Position numbers and translations under genes: made by a program. This document shows positions 40,323 to 49,456 of a stretch of DNA of 64,000 nucleotides, in pieces. This DNA is from Candidatus Helarchaeota archaeon (GTDB lineage: Archaea; Asgardarchaeota; Lokiarchaeia; Helarchaeales; RDOG01), in contig JAHPZH010000004.1 of NCBI GenBank assembly GCA_019058315.1, forward strand, positions 1-64,000, in the 5' to 3' direction. The first letter of the stretch is position 1. Each line of letters opens with the position of its first letter. The notes beneath the pieces were generated by a model, which did not search any database, was not told the origin of the DNA, and saw only the letters and a program-made list of their open reading frames with translations.

Positions 40323-41735
40323 ATGTCTGAAAAATTTGATGCATTAATAGTTGGTGGTGGTGTAGGAGGTTGCGCAATAGGAGCACTCCTTGCCTATAAT
40401 GGTTATAAAGTGAAACTTTTTGATAAAAATAAAATAATCGGTGGGAGATGTACAACCTACGATTATAAAGGATTCAAGCTGGATTTGGGAGTCCATCTAT
40501 TTGGAGTAGGTCCAAACGGTTATCTGGGTGATGTATTAAAGCGTATTGAAATGCCAGATGCGATTAAATGGGTTCTTTCTAAGGATCCAAGACCTTTGAT
40601 GAATTATTGTGGTGAAGAATTAATTTATTCCAGAAAGGCTATGAGTCAAATTGCTGAAAAATATGCACCCGGAGAATTTGATAAGGCTATGAAATTCTTT
40701 GCAGATTGTCTTTCAATACGAAAAAAGCAAATCAGAGAACTGTATTACACACCCTTTAATGAATTTTTAAATCAATACACTACAAATAAAATTATTCATA
40801 CACTACTTTCTGGAATTGTGGGACAATATTTTTGCGTTTTGCCTGAAAAAGCTTCTGCTGGAGAATTCATTAGATGTTTTCGACAAGTAGCCTCATCACG
40901 CTCCTCTGCTTATCCAATTGGTGGTTGTATTGCTATTCCTCAAGCTTATGTTGATGGGATTAAAAAATATGGGGGAGAAGTTCAATTAGATGCAAAAATT
41001 AAAAAAATTCATGTAGAAGATGATAGGGCTACAGGAATAGAATTGGAAGATGGATCAACATATGAATCAGATATAATCATTAGTAATGCTGATATTCAAA
41101 ATACAGTTTCAAATTTGGTTGGAGAGAAATATTTTCCATCAGATTATGTTGAGCGAGTAAAGAATTTAACCTATGCTCAATATTGTTTAAGTATCAAGGT
41201 TGCATTAGATGAAAAGGTGACCGACCAGAAATTAATACTATACTTACCGTATGAATATAGTGAAATTGACAGAACTACAGGAGTATTTGCTGGTGAAATA
41301 CCTGATAAAGTGGGAGGTATGATAACATCTCCAACTAATTATGATTCTAATTTGGCACCTCCAGGAAAACAATCAATTTTCTTTGGAACTGGGTGTTTAC
41401 CAGGAGAAACAATGGAACAATACAAAAAAATTGGGGAAAAATGTCTAGAGTCCTTAAAAACCGTTTTTCCTACTATAGAAGATCACATTGAATGGTATAA
41501 AACAGATACTCCCACTTTAGTTGAAAGCTATGCTGGTGAATATGGGAACATTATCGGAGTTGGTCAGACTGTAGATCAAATACATGAACGAAGACCATCT
41601 CAAATTACACCCATAAAAGGTTTATATATAGTAGGTGCAGAGGCAGGTGGTCATGGAATTGGTGCTGAATTAGCTGCAAATAGTGCAATTGAATTGGTTG
41701 ATATTCTTCTTGAAAAGACTATCCCGGCAAAATAA
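40323..41735 (+). CDS. Phytoene dehydrogenase-like FAD-dependent oxidoreductase
   Basis: GGGVGG..A..G.KV.LF, GGR, D.G.H, YPIGG, APPGK, TPIKGLY.VG. Confidence 0.85.
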   Translation: MSEKFDALIVGGGVGGCAIGALLAYNGYKVKLFDKNKIIGGRCTTYDYKGFKLDLGVHLFGVGPNGYLGDVLKRIEMPDAIKWVLSKDPRPLMNYCGEELIYSRKAMSQIAEKYAPGEFDKAMKFFADCLSIRKKQIRELYYTPFNEFLNQYTTNKIIHTLLSGIVGQYFCVLPEKASAGEFIRCFRQVASSRSSAYPIGGCIAIPQAYVDGIKKYGGEVQLDAKIKKIHVEDDRATGIELEDGSTYESDIIISNADIQNTVSNLVGEKYFPSDYVERVKNLTYAQYCLSIKVALDEKVTDQKLILYLPYEYSEIDRTTGVFAGEIPDKVGGMITSPTNYDSNLAPPGKQSIFFGTGCLPGETMEQYKKIGEKCLESLKTVFPTIEDHIEWYKTDTPTLVESYAGEYGNIIGVGQTVDQIHERRPSQITPIKGLYIVGAEAGGHGIGAELAANSAIELVDILLEKTIPAK

Positions 41736-41847
41736 AAATTTTAAAATACCAAAGTAATTCTAAAATAGCTGATATAAATTAGGTTTAAAAAAGATTTAAA
41801 AAAATAGAATAAACACAGAATATAAAAAAAAGGGGGTTATTTTCCGT

Positions 41848-42846
41848 TTATTTCTTCCATTCGTTGCCGCAATTCATACATTTGAACTTTGTTGCGTAGA
41901 CGGGAGCACCAGCAGCCATATAGAGGATTTTAGTTCTATCCTTTTCTTGTTTAAGTCTTTTTGATCCACATCTTGGACATGCATAAATTCCAGAAGCACC
42001 CCAAGGCACTGTGGTTGTTACTGTCTTTCCCGAAGCTTCTGCTTCAGCAATTTCTTCCGCAGTAGGTTCTGGTGGTCGCAACTGTTCTAATTCTTGTTCG
42101 AGTTCACCAATTCTGTTATCTGCTTCTTCTAATTTTGAATTCAATTCAGAAATTGTGTTATCTCGTTCACTTAATTGCTCAGTCATATTTTCTAGAGAAG
42201 CAAGTTTTGATTCAAGTTCAGATATTGTACTATCTTTTTCTTCAACAGCACTTGAGAGACCTTCAGATTGTCCAGCAAGTTTTTCTAATTCTGTAACTCT
42301 GGTTTCAGCAATTTCAAGTTTCTTAGCTTTTTCTTCAAGATCACTTATCTTAGTTTCCAATTCAGTAATCTTTCCGTCTTTATCTGCTAGACCTTCTGCT
42401 GATTTAGTATTTGCTTCTTCTAATTTCGAGTTTATGTCAGAGAGTTCTTGTTCTTTTTCACTAATTAATTTAGAAAGATTTTCACTATCTGCTTCTAAAG
42501 AGGTGACTTCGCTTTCTTTTGCTTTTAAATTTTCTTCAGTAGTGGCTAATTTACCTTTAACTTCCTCTAACTCGTCTCTTATATTGTTCAGAAGATTTTT
42601 AGTAGAACCAAGGTCTTCTTCAAGACCTTTATTTTTATTGATTTTATCTTCCAATTCTGTGTTTAAGGTTTCAATTCGTAATTCAGCTGAGCTTAATTTG
42701 GATTCTGTTTGCTCTTTCTCACCTTTGGTTTTTTCAAGTTCTGCTTCTAAAGTTTCTATTCTTTTTCTTGTATCCAATAAATATTGACCTACAACTTTTA
42801 CAGCTTTATCTGGCTTTTCTTCAACTTTTGCCCATTCAATTGCCAT
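41848..42846 (-). CDS. Long coiled-coil protein with C-terminal zinc ribbon
   Basis: Heptad-rich E/K/L region; CPRC..CMNC..W. Confidence 0.75.
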   Translation of the reverse strand: MAIEWAKVEEKPDKAVKVVGQYLLDTRKRIETLEAELEKTKGEKEQTESKLSSAELRIETLNTELEDKINKNKGLEEDLGSTKNLLNNIRDELEEVKGKLATTEENLKAKESEVTSLEADSENLSKLISEKEQELSDINSKLEEANTKSAEGLADKDGKITELETKISDLEEKAKKLEIAETRVTELEKLAGQSEGLSSAVEEKDSTISELESKLASLENMTEQLSERDNTISELNSKLEEADNRIGELEQELEQLRPPEPTAEEIAEAEASGKTVTTTVPWGASGIYACPRCGSKRLKQEKDRTKILYMAAGAPVYATKFKCMNCGNEWKK

Positions 42847-43137
42847 GCTTCAATACCTCATTTATCATAATTAAATTTTATATTAATATCAAATGAGACT
42901 TATCATACTATTTGGTTTTACAATATTTATAACTTGACAAAAATATTTCGAAAAAATATCATAAATTTTTACTCTAGTAATTTCAAATTTTGGGTAATTA
43001 ATAGTAAAAACAAATTGATTTTCATATAAAAAATAAAATTTTATTATTTTTTTTTATTCATATGAAATTAAATTAACATTTACTAAAAATAAAATAGAAA
43101 AAGAATTAAGAAACTAAAAAAAATGGGAAAATTTTAG

Positions 43138-44481
43138 TTATTTTTCTTTGGTCATATCAATTACACGATCTATTTTATGAAAAATGACTGGTAGTTCGCC
43201 TAATGTAACGAATTCAATTTTTGTTTTTACTCCAAATTCATTTTCTATTCCCTTTTCAAGTCTATGTCTTAATTCCTCAGTATCTTTTGTAGAAGTAGGG
43301 TCATATGTCGTTTTAATCCAGAGTTGATCTAATTCCCCTTTCTTATCTATAACAAATGAGAATTGACTTGTGTACATTTCAGGTATAGTCTTAAAATATT
43401 CTTCAATATCAAATGGGGTGATATGCTTCTGTTTTGCTCCTTTTACAGTTAATAGATATTTTCTTCTCGTGATTTGCCAAGCCCGTCCATGGGTTCTCCC
43501 ACAATCACATTTTTCAACCTCAATTTTGCCAATGTCATCTGTAGCAAATCTAACTAATGGCATAGCTTCATGAATTAACCCAGTCAAAGTCAACTCGCCT
43601 AATTCACCAGGACCGATTCGTTCACCTGTATTAGCGTCTAAAACTTCTGTATAAATCATATCTTCCCACCAATGGAGACCATTCATAGCTTGACACTCAT
43701 TTAAAACCCACCATAGATCTCCGAGTCCGCCATGACTATAATGTGCCCCTCCTAACTCATCTATAAAATGTTTCCTTAGTTTAGGGGTCATAATATCGCC
43801 GGTATGTGTTGTAATTCTATCAGCCATATAATCTTTTGGGTCTATTCCTCTATCTTTTAGTATTTGTTCGAGCGCCAAGCTTGCATCAACGGCTGAATAT
43901 GAATAAGATGTTGTCTCTCTCTTAAAAAAATCGATGGCATCAATCATTCGGCCAACATCTAATGGACTTGGAAAACCTGTGCCCCAACGCTTTAGACCTA
44001 ATAAATCAAATGCTCTATTTAGCCCTACTATATATGCATGCCAAGGGATAGTTAAGAGTGATGTGGTCATACCTGGACGAACACCAATTCCCCAAAGGTG
44101 TCTACAGAACATTTCAGTAATATTTTTAATATCTGTATTTGTAAATCCTATATAGGTGCTATCTCCCGAAGTTCCTGTTGAAATTCGATTCTCTATGGAA
44201 ATTTTCTCTTCTACACAAAGTGTCTGGCCCCAAGGATCGCCAGTCCTATTCCTATTTTCTCTAATTTGATCTTTGTTATTTATTGGGAATTTTATTAGAT
44301 CATCAAAATTACGAATATCGGCTGGTTTAAGAGAAGCTTCTTCCATTATTTTATGATAATAAGGAGAACGGTTATAGATTCTATTTATTTGTGCCCTTAA
44401 TAGTCTTTCTTGAATTTCAATAAGTTCTTTTTTAGGAAGTTGTTCAATTCGGGGGTTCCAAAACTCAACCATTCTCATCAC
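43138..44481 (-). CDS. Phenylacetate-CoA ligase family (PaaK-like) adenylate-forming enzyme
   Basis: STGTSG, EC....GLH, GE.GEL, EAMPLVRF.T.D, CDCGRT. Confidence 0.8.
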   Translation of the reverse strand: MMRMVEFWNPRIEQLPKKELIEIQERLLRAQINRIYNRSPYYHKIMEEASLKPADIRNFDDLIKFPINNKDQIRENRNRTGDPWGQTLCVEEKISIENRISTGTSGDSTYIGFTNTDIKNITEMFCRHLWGIGVRPGMTTSLLTIPWHAYIVGLNRAFDLLGLKRWGTGFPSPLDVGRMIDAIDFFKRETTSYSYSAVDASLALEQILKDRGIDPKDYMADRITTHTGDIMTPKLRKHFIDELGGAHYSHGGLGDLWWVLNECQAMNGLHWWEDMIYTEVLDANTGERIGPGELGELTLTGLIHEAMPLVRFATDDIGKIEVEKCDCGRTHGRAWQITRRKYLLTVKGAKQKHITPFDIEEYFKTIPEMYTSQFSFVIDKKGELDQLWIKTTYDPTSTKDTEELRHRLEKGIENEFGVKTKIEFVTLGELPVIFHKIDRVIDMTKEK

Positions 44482-45489
44482 CTACTTTAAAAATTTTATT
44501 CTCGCAATTGTTCTACCACAATCGCATTTTTCTACATTTTTTGAGGCATATAATGGTCTAGGGGGAGTATATCTTATACATGGACTAGCCTCTCTAGTAA
44601 TTGTAGTTACCAATAGTTGTCCTCTTTCCCCTTCAGCGACAAGCTCGTTTGTATTTTCAGGATCTACTATTTCAGCTATAAATGAATCTTGTGGATAATG
44701 CAGACCGTCGTGTTTTTCGCATTCACACGCATAAAATCCAGGAATGTTAATTTTACGAAAATTAAAGAATTCAGCGTTCTTCCACCCTTTCCTTTGTAAT
44801 TTTTCAGCCCTTTTTGTTTCCCATATTATATCATGAACCAAGACTTTTTGATAATTTAAGAAATGTGTTGCTTCATCAAAACCTGCTTTTTTAGCATGCT
44901 TGCTAGCCGCCATAAGCATTGCGAAAGGCGTAATAAGACAATTTGGTTTTAATCTCATAGAATCAACTATTCGAGGTATATCAATTTCTACGGCAAGACC
45001 ACCTAGATAACGACAACCTAGTTTTAATATTGCTTGGTAGATAGAATAAGTAATTGGATCCATTCCGAGGATAATAGCATGAACAAAATCTTCTTGTCGT
45101 ATTCCACAGCCGACTAACATACGTTTCAAAATATTAATTTCGGCTTGAAAATCATTTTCACTATACCCATAAAAAAAAGGGGATCCTTCAACATATGGAA
45201 ATTTATCATTAGAAAAGAGTTTCCAAATTTTATCCTCATCTATATTTTGCCTACCACCAAAAATATCTTTATTTTTAACAGTATTTTCTATAATAATCTC
45301 GTCAGTTAGCAATGGAAACTTTGTTAAATCCTCGATTTTTTTAATGTTCAGATCAGCTTTATTTTGATCAAATGATCTTTTATAGAGCGGACAGTTATTA
45401 TAAACCGTATTTAATTGCGTTTTTAGCCTATTTAATTGTAATTCTTGTAATTTTTCTTGAGGTAATGTTTCAATATTATTTAATATCAA
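44482..45489 (-). CDS. Truncated, divergent PaaK-like paralogue
   Basis: ECEKHDGLH, GERGQL, CDCGRT retained; P-loop motif and C-terminal domain absent. Confidence 0.7.
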   Translation of the reverse strand: MILNNIETLPQEKLQELQLNRLKTQLNTVYNNCPLYKRSFDQNKADLNIKKIEDLTKFPLLTDEIIIENTVKNKDIFGGRQNIDEDKIWKLFSNDKFPYVEGSPFFYGYSENDFQAEINILKRMLVGCGIRQEDFVHAIILGMDPITYSIYQAILKLGCRYLGGLAVEIDIPRIVDSMRLKPNCLITPFAMLMAASKHAKKAGFDEATHFLNYQKVLVHDIIWETKRAEKLQRKGWKNAEFFNFRKINIPGFYACECEKHDGLHYPQDSFIAEIVDPENTNELVAEGERGQLLVTTITREASPCIRYTPPRPLYASKNVEKCDCGRTIARIKFLK

Positions 45490-45660
45490 AGATTATCCCA
45501 CCATTTTACCAAATTTTTGTTTTATAATATGAAAAATTAAATTGATTTTATATTATATAGTTTTTAATTTATATTTTTTTAAAAAAATACTATTTTTCTT
45601 TTTAAAATAGAAAATAATTTCACAAAAATATTCTTATATTGGTCAAATTTATTATTAAAC

Positions 45661-45918
45661 ATGGTTAAACAGACTTCGTTATTTCCTGAAGATGATATTA
45701 GAAAGAAAATGAGTAGTAGAGCTGTAAAAAAGAAATTTAAAAAATTAGTTAAAAAAGAAGAAGAAATTAAACTTTCAGCACAATCTAAAAAGCCGAAACA
45801 AGAGATTTACAAATGTAAATGTGGCTTAAAAATGCATTGGAAAGTCGCAGAGGGAAGATCTGATGGTTGCCCCCAATGTAATAGACACATTCCGCTATCT
45901 GAAATTTTTGAGGAATAA
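45661..45918 (+). CDS. Small basic zinc-finger protein
   Basis: CKC..CPQC. Confidence 0.6.
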   Translation: MVKQTSLFPEDDIRKKMSSRAVKKKFKKLVKKEEEIKLSAQSKKPKQEIYKCKCGLKMHWKVAEGRSDGCPQCNRHIPLSEIFEE

Positions 45919-46047
45919 ATTTTTCTAGTTTATTCACATTTTGTATGCTTTAGAAAAAATCCTTAAAAATTCTTAAAACATTTAAACTTTATTGGTATTC
46001 TTTCCTAATTTAAAAATATCAAAAAAAAATTAAAATTTTAATTAAGT

Positions 46048-46410
46048 CTAATCTAATGAAAAATTTATATGACCGCAATATTCACATTTTGGTCCTTTCA
46101 ATCCTGGTGCATTGCAATACTTACAGGTATATTCTAATTCTTGTAAATTTCTCTGTAATGTAGTTTGACGTTGTTGATCTTTCAGTTTCGCTGCTTCTTC
46201 CTCTTTATCCTTTTTTCTCTGTTTTTCGGCACGTCTTTTAACCCATGGACTTCGAGGGTGTAAAAAATACCATAGTGATATACCAACAGCAACAACAATA
46301 GCTCCCACTATACCAGCAATTATGAAAAAATTAACTTCTTCTCGTTTTGCCATTTCAGCAATAATAAAATTTTTGATGTCATCTTCTGTAATATCGGTTA
46401 TTCTCGTCAC
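46048..46410 (-). CDS. Single-TM protein with C-terminal zinc ribbon
   Basis: TM helix; CKYC..CEYC. Confidence 0.65.
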   Translation of the reverse strand: MTRITDITEDDIKNFIIAEMAKREEVNFFIIAGIVGAIVVAVGISLWYFLHPRSPWVKRRAEKQRKKDKEEEAAKLKDQQRQTTLQRNLQELEYTCKYCNAPGLKGPKCEYCGHINFSLD

Positions 46411-46516
46411 CTAACAATTCAACTCCTTTGAAAAACATTTGTCAAGTCAATAATATGATATTAATTTACAATTTTCTTTGATTACTTTATCTTTATTTTA
46501 TAAATAAATTATTATA

Positions 46517-47077
46517 TTAAATCTTTTCCTTTTCGAATATTTTTTTAAATTTTTTTCCATTTTGGGCATATAATTGAGCCCCTAGAGACATTCTACTACT
46601 TTGCTTCTCTGTATATTTCTTCTTGGGTTTTGCAGATACTCCTCCACCAACAGCTAAGGTCCCAGGTTCAATAATAGTCTTCTCAGTGACTACGGCATTG
46701 GCTCCTACTACAGAACCATCACCGATTTCAGTGTGTGGGAGTACTGTTGCGTTGATTCCAATTGTAATTCTGTTACCGATTTTACAAGGACCATGGATCA
46801 TGCAATTATGACCTGCAATAACCTCATCACCGATTATTGCCGGGACAGTTCCTGGTTCACAGTGGATTGTAACGTTATCTTGAATGCTAGTATTTTTTCC
46901 TATTCGGATGGGGGCAAAATCTCCTCTAATTACTGCACCAAACCAAATATTTGATCCTTCACCAATTTCTACATCGCCGATTATTGTTGCATTTGGCGCA
47001 ACGAAAGCTTTCTCATGAATTTTAGGTGTTATTCCTTTTGGGTTTTTTATTATCATTTTTATCGCCTTTAATCGCAT
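46517..47077 (-). CDS. Gamma-carbonic anhydrase family (hexapeptide repeat) protein
   Basis: IGDV.IG..IWFGAVIRGD, QDN..IH, GH....HG. Confidence 0.9.
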   Translation of the reverse strand: MRLKAIKMIIKNPKGITPKIHEKAFVAPNATIIGDVEIGEGSNIWFGAVIRGDFAPIRIGKNTSIQDNVTIHCEPGTVPAIIGDEVIAGHNCMIHGPCKIGNRITIGINATVLPHTEIGDGSVVGANAVVTEKTIIEPGTLAVGGGVSAKPKKKYTEKQSSRMSLGAQLYAQNGKKFKKIFEKEKI

Positions 47078-47204
47078 TTTAATAATTTTATGATACTCAA
47101 CTACCTATAAAAAATAAACTTAAGGTAATTAGCTTTTAACTTATCCAAAAAATACAAATTTGATAAGTTTTCAGAAAAAAAAAGAATAAAAATATATTTG
47201 GTGT

Positions 47205-47453
47205 TTAATCTGCAACTAATACTATACCGCCTATTACACAAGCAGCGACTCCAGCCCATACCAGCATAAGATTACCATCTGGAACCATGAAAATTGCAAG
47301 TAGAAAACCAATACCTATGTCTCGAGAAACAAACAAAAAGATTACAGCGAAAAAGAACAATTTATCCATCTCACTATTAAAAGTGAGGATTCCAGCTGCT
47401 GCTATGGCTGCTCCAGCAAAAACTAAAATTATACCAATTGTACTTTGTTTCAT
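47205..47453 (-). CDS. Small membrane protein
   Basis: GAGG RBS; hydrophobic helices. Confidence 0.6.
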   Translation of the reverse strand: MKQSTIGIILVFAGAAIAAAGILTFNSEMDKLFFFAVIFLFVSRDIGIGFLLAIFMVPDGNLMLVWAGVAACVIGGIVLVAD

Positions 47454-47604
47454 TTTTTAACCTCTTATAAATTTCTTAATTAGTTGTAATTATCTATTGA
47501 TAATTTATTTTTATTTTATTGTATAATTTTTAAATTTTTTTTATAAAAATAATAAAAAAAGAACTTTTAATAATAACGATATAAGCAATATTCTGATTTT
47601 ATTT

Positions 47605-48174
47605 TTATTTCCACCATTCATCGATATGGATGAGTTCAGAAGAATTTATTGTGAAATCATTTTTACCAAGATGATAAATTAATTTAGTCTTATTTAAATC
47701 ATAACCATTCTTCTCAATAGAAAATTCTTTTTTTATGTAACTATCTAGAACTTTTCCAAAAAATACGGTATGGTCTCCCGCTTTTACTTTATTGATGACT
47801 TGACATTCTAAGAATCCCACACATTCTTTAATAATTGGTGGTCGAACTTTATTTGCTCGTGATGGTGTGAGTGAAGTTGTTTCAAATTTATCGACATTTT
47901 TTCCAGAGTTTCTTCCACAGAATAAAACTTCTTTAATAATTTCTCTAGTAGGAACATTAATTACGTATTCTTCAACTTGATGCAGTAATTTATAACTATG
48001 TCGATTAGTATTAGCTATAGAAATAGCAACAATTGGGGGTTTAAATGATACATTCATGGTCCATGCCAAAGTAATAATATTAGGTTTTCCCTCATTATCA
48101 ATTGTTGTTACTAATACCACATTTCTAGGATAAATTGCCCTATAAGAGTCTATTTTTCTGGTTTCAAATTTCAT
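47605..48174 (-). CDS. Flavin reductase-like (flavoredoxin family) protein
   Basis: P..VVLVT, PP, SG..VDKF, EC, GDH. Confidence 0.88.
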   Translation of the reverse strand: MKFETRKIDSYRAIYPRNVVLVTTIDNEGKPNIITLAWTMNVSFKPPIVAISIANTNRHSYKLLHQVEEYVINVPTREIIKEVLFCGRNSGKNVDKFETTSLTPSRANKVRPPIIKECVGFLECQVINKVKAGDHTVFFGKVLDSYIKKEFSIEKNGYDLNKTKLIYHLGKNDFTINSSELIHIDEWWK

Positions 48175-48305
48175 TAATCTTCACCTAGAGCTTTTTGGGC
48201 TACAAGAGCTATAACTTTATTTCGCATATCTTTATTTATATAACAATTTAAAAATTAAAGATTTCGAGGTCAAAAAATAAAAAATTAAAATATTAATAAA
48301 AAAAT

Positions 48306-49256
48306 TTACTTCTTTTTCGTTTCGTAGATGAGTCTGGCTAAATTCGTAAATGCATTTAAAACATTTTCTCCAGTTAGTGCAGAAGTTTCTATATATAAAT
48401 AACCTTTCTCCTTGGCGAATTTTTCAGCTTCATCTTTTTTGATTTTCCGCTGATCTACGAGGTCTATTTTGTTTCCAACCAGCAAAACTGGAATCGGTCC
48501 TACATTTGAATAAAGTTCATCAACCCATTTCGGAATATGTTCATAACTGGCAGCGTTTGTAACGTCAAAAACAACCAAACAGCCGCGAGCTTCTTTGTAA
48601 TACATCTTCCGGAGCCCTCCATACGCTTCCTGCCCTCCAGTATCCCAAACATTTAGTTTGGCAGTAATCTTTTCAACTCCTAGCATTGGATCTTCTCCGA
48701 AATAATCAAAATGAACTTCCTTTGAGCCAAAGTCTACTCCAAGAGTACTTTTTAGGTCCTTTTTAAAATAATCATCGGTAAATCTTACTTTAATCGCTGT
48801 TTTTCCTACGGTAGAGTCCCCAACTTCAATGATTTTATAATTGAAGACACTCCTTGCTACTTGTTGGGCTTCCTTTTTTGCCCATTCTTCGATTTTATCA
48901 CCTTTTATAAGATCTCCTAAATCAGCTTCCAGATTAGCAGGACTAACTATTAAAAAATACCCTTTATCATATGTTTGATCTAAATTCTTTAAAGCATCAG
49001 TGTTTATTTCCTTAATATTTCCAGAAACAGGACTATTAAGAGTTATCATTCCATTTACTATTGCAATTGAAGCAAAAGGTTTTCCTTTTTCAACTTTATT
49101 TTTAGTAAGAAATTCTATTTCTTTGGGTTTTCCAATAAAATCAATTCCTAATTCATCCAAACCGATTTTTCCATTTTCAGAATTAATATAGACATGCTGG
49201 GTTGTATAAGCTAACTCATCAGGAATTTTATATCGACCATCGCCAACAACAACCAT
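48306..49256 (-). CDS. Glycine-cleavage H-protein-like domain fused to Rab-like small GTPase
   Basis: Y...H.Y..IG..V.KG.PF...SPVSG.I.EIN; GDSTVGKT, WDTGGQE, NKID, SAL. Confidence 0.85.
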   Translation of the reverse strand: MVVVGDGRYKIPDELAYTTQHVYINSENGKIGLDELGIDFIGKPKEIEFLTKNKVEKGKPFASIAIVNGMITLNSPVSGNIKEINTDALKNLDQTYDKGYFLIVSPANLEADLGDLIKGDKIEEWAKKEAQQVARSVFNYKIIEVGDSTVGKTAIKVRFTDDYFKKDLKSTLGVDFGSKEVHFDYFGEDPMLGVEKITAKLNVWDTGGQEAYGGLRKMYYKEARGCLVVFDVTNAASYEHIPKWVDELYSNVGPIPVLLVGNKIDLVDQRKIKKDEAEKFAKEKGYLYIETSALTGENVLNAFTNLARLIYETKKK

Positions 49257-49456
49257 ATTTTCTACTCTCCGCTAATAAAATTTGGTTAATTTTTTTGTAA
49301 TTTATAGGATTTAAAATCAAGAAATTATATAAATTTTTTTTAAAAATTTAGGTTAAAAAATCCTTATAGCTTGAAATCATTAAATTTTAATAAAAATTAT
49401 TCTTAACGTTTTTTATATTTAATATTTGGCGATAAATTTAAAATATATAGGATTAT

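Noticed and set aside
42011-42787. 258-aa Ser-rich plus-strand ORF
   Set aside because: Antisense shadow of the coiled-coil gene
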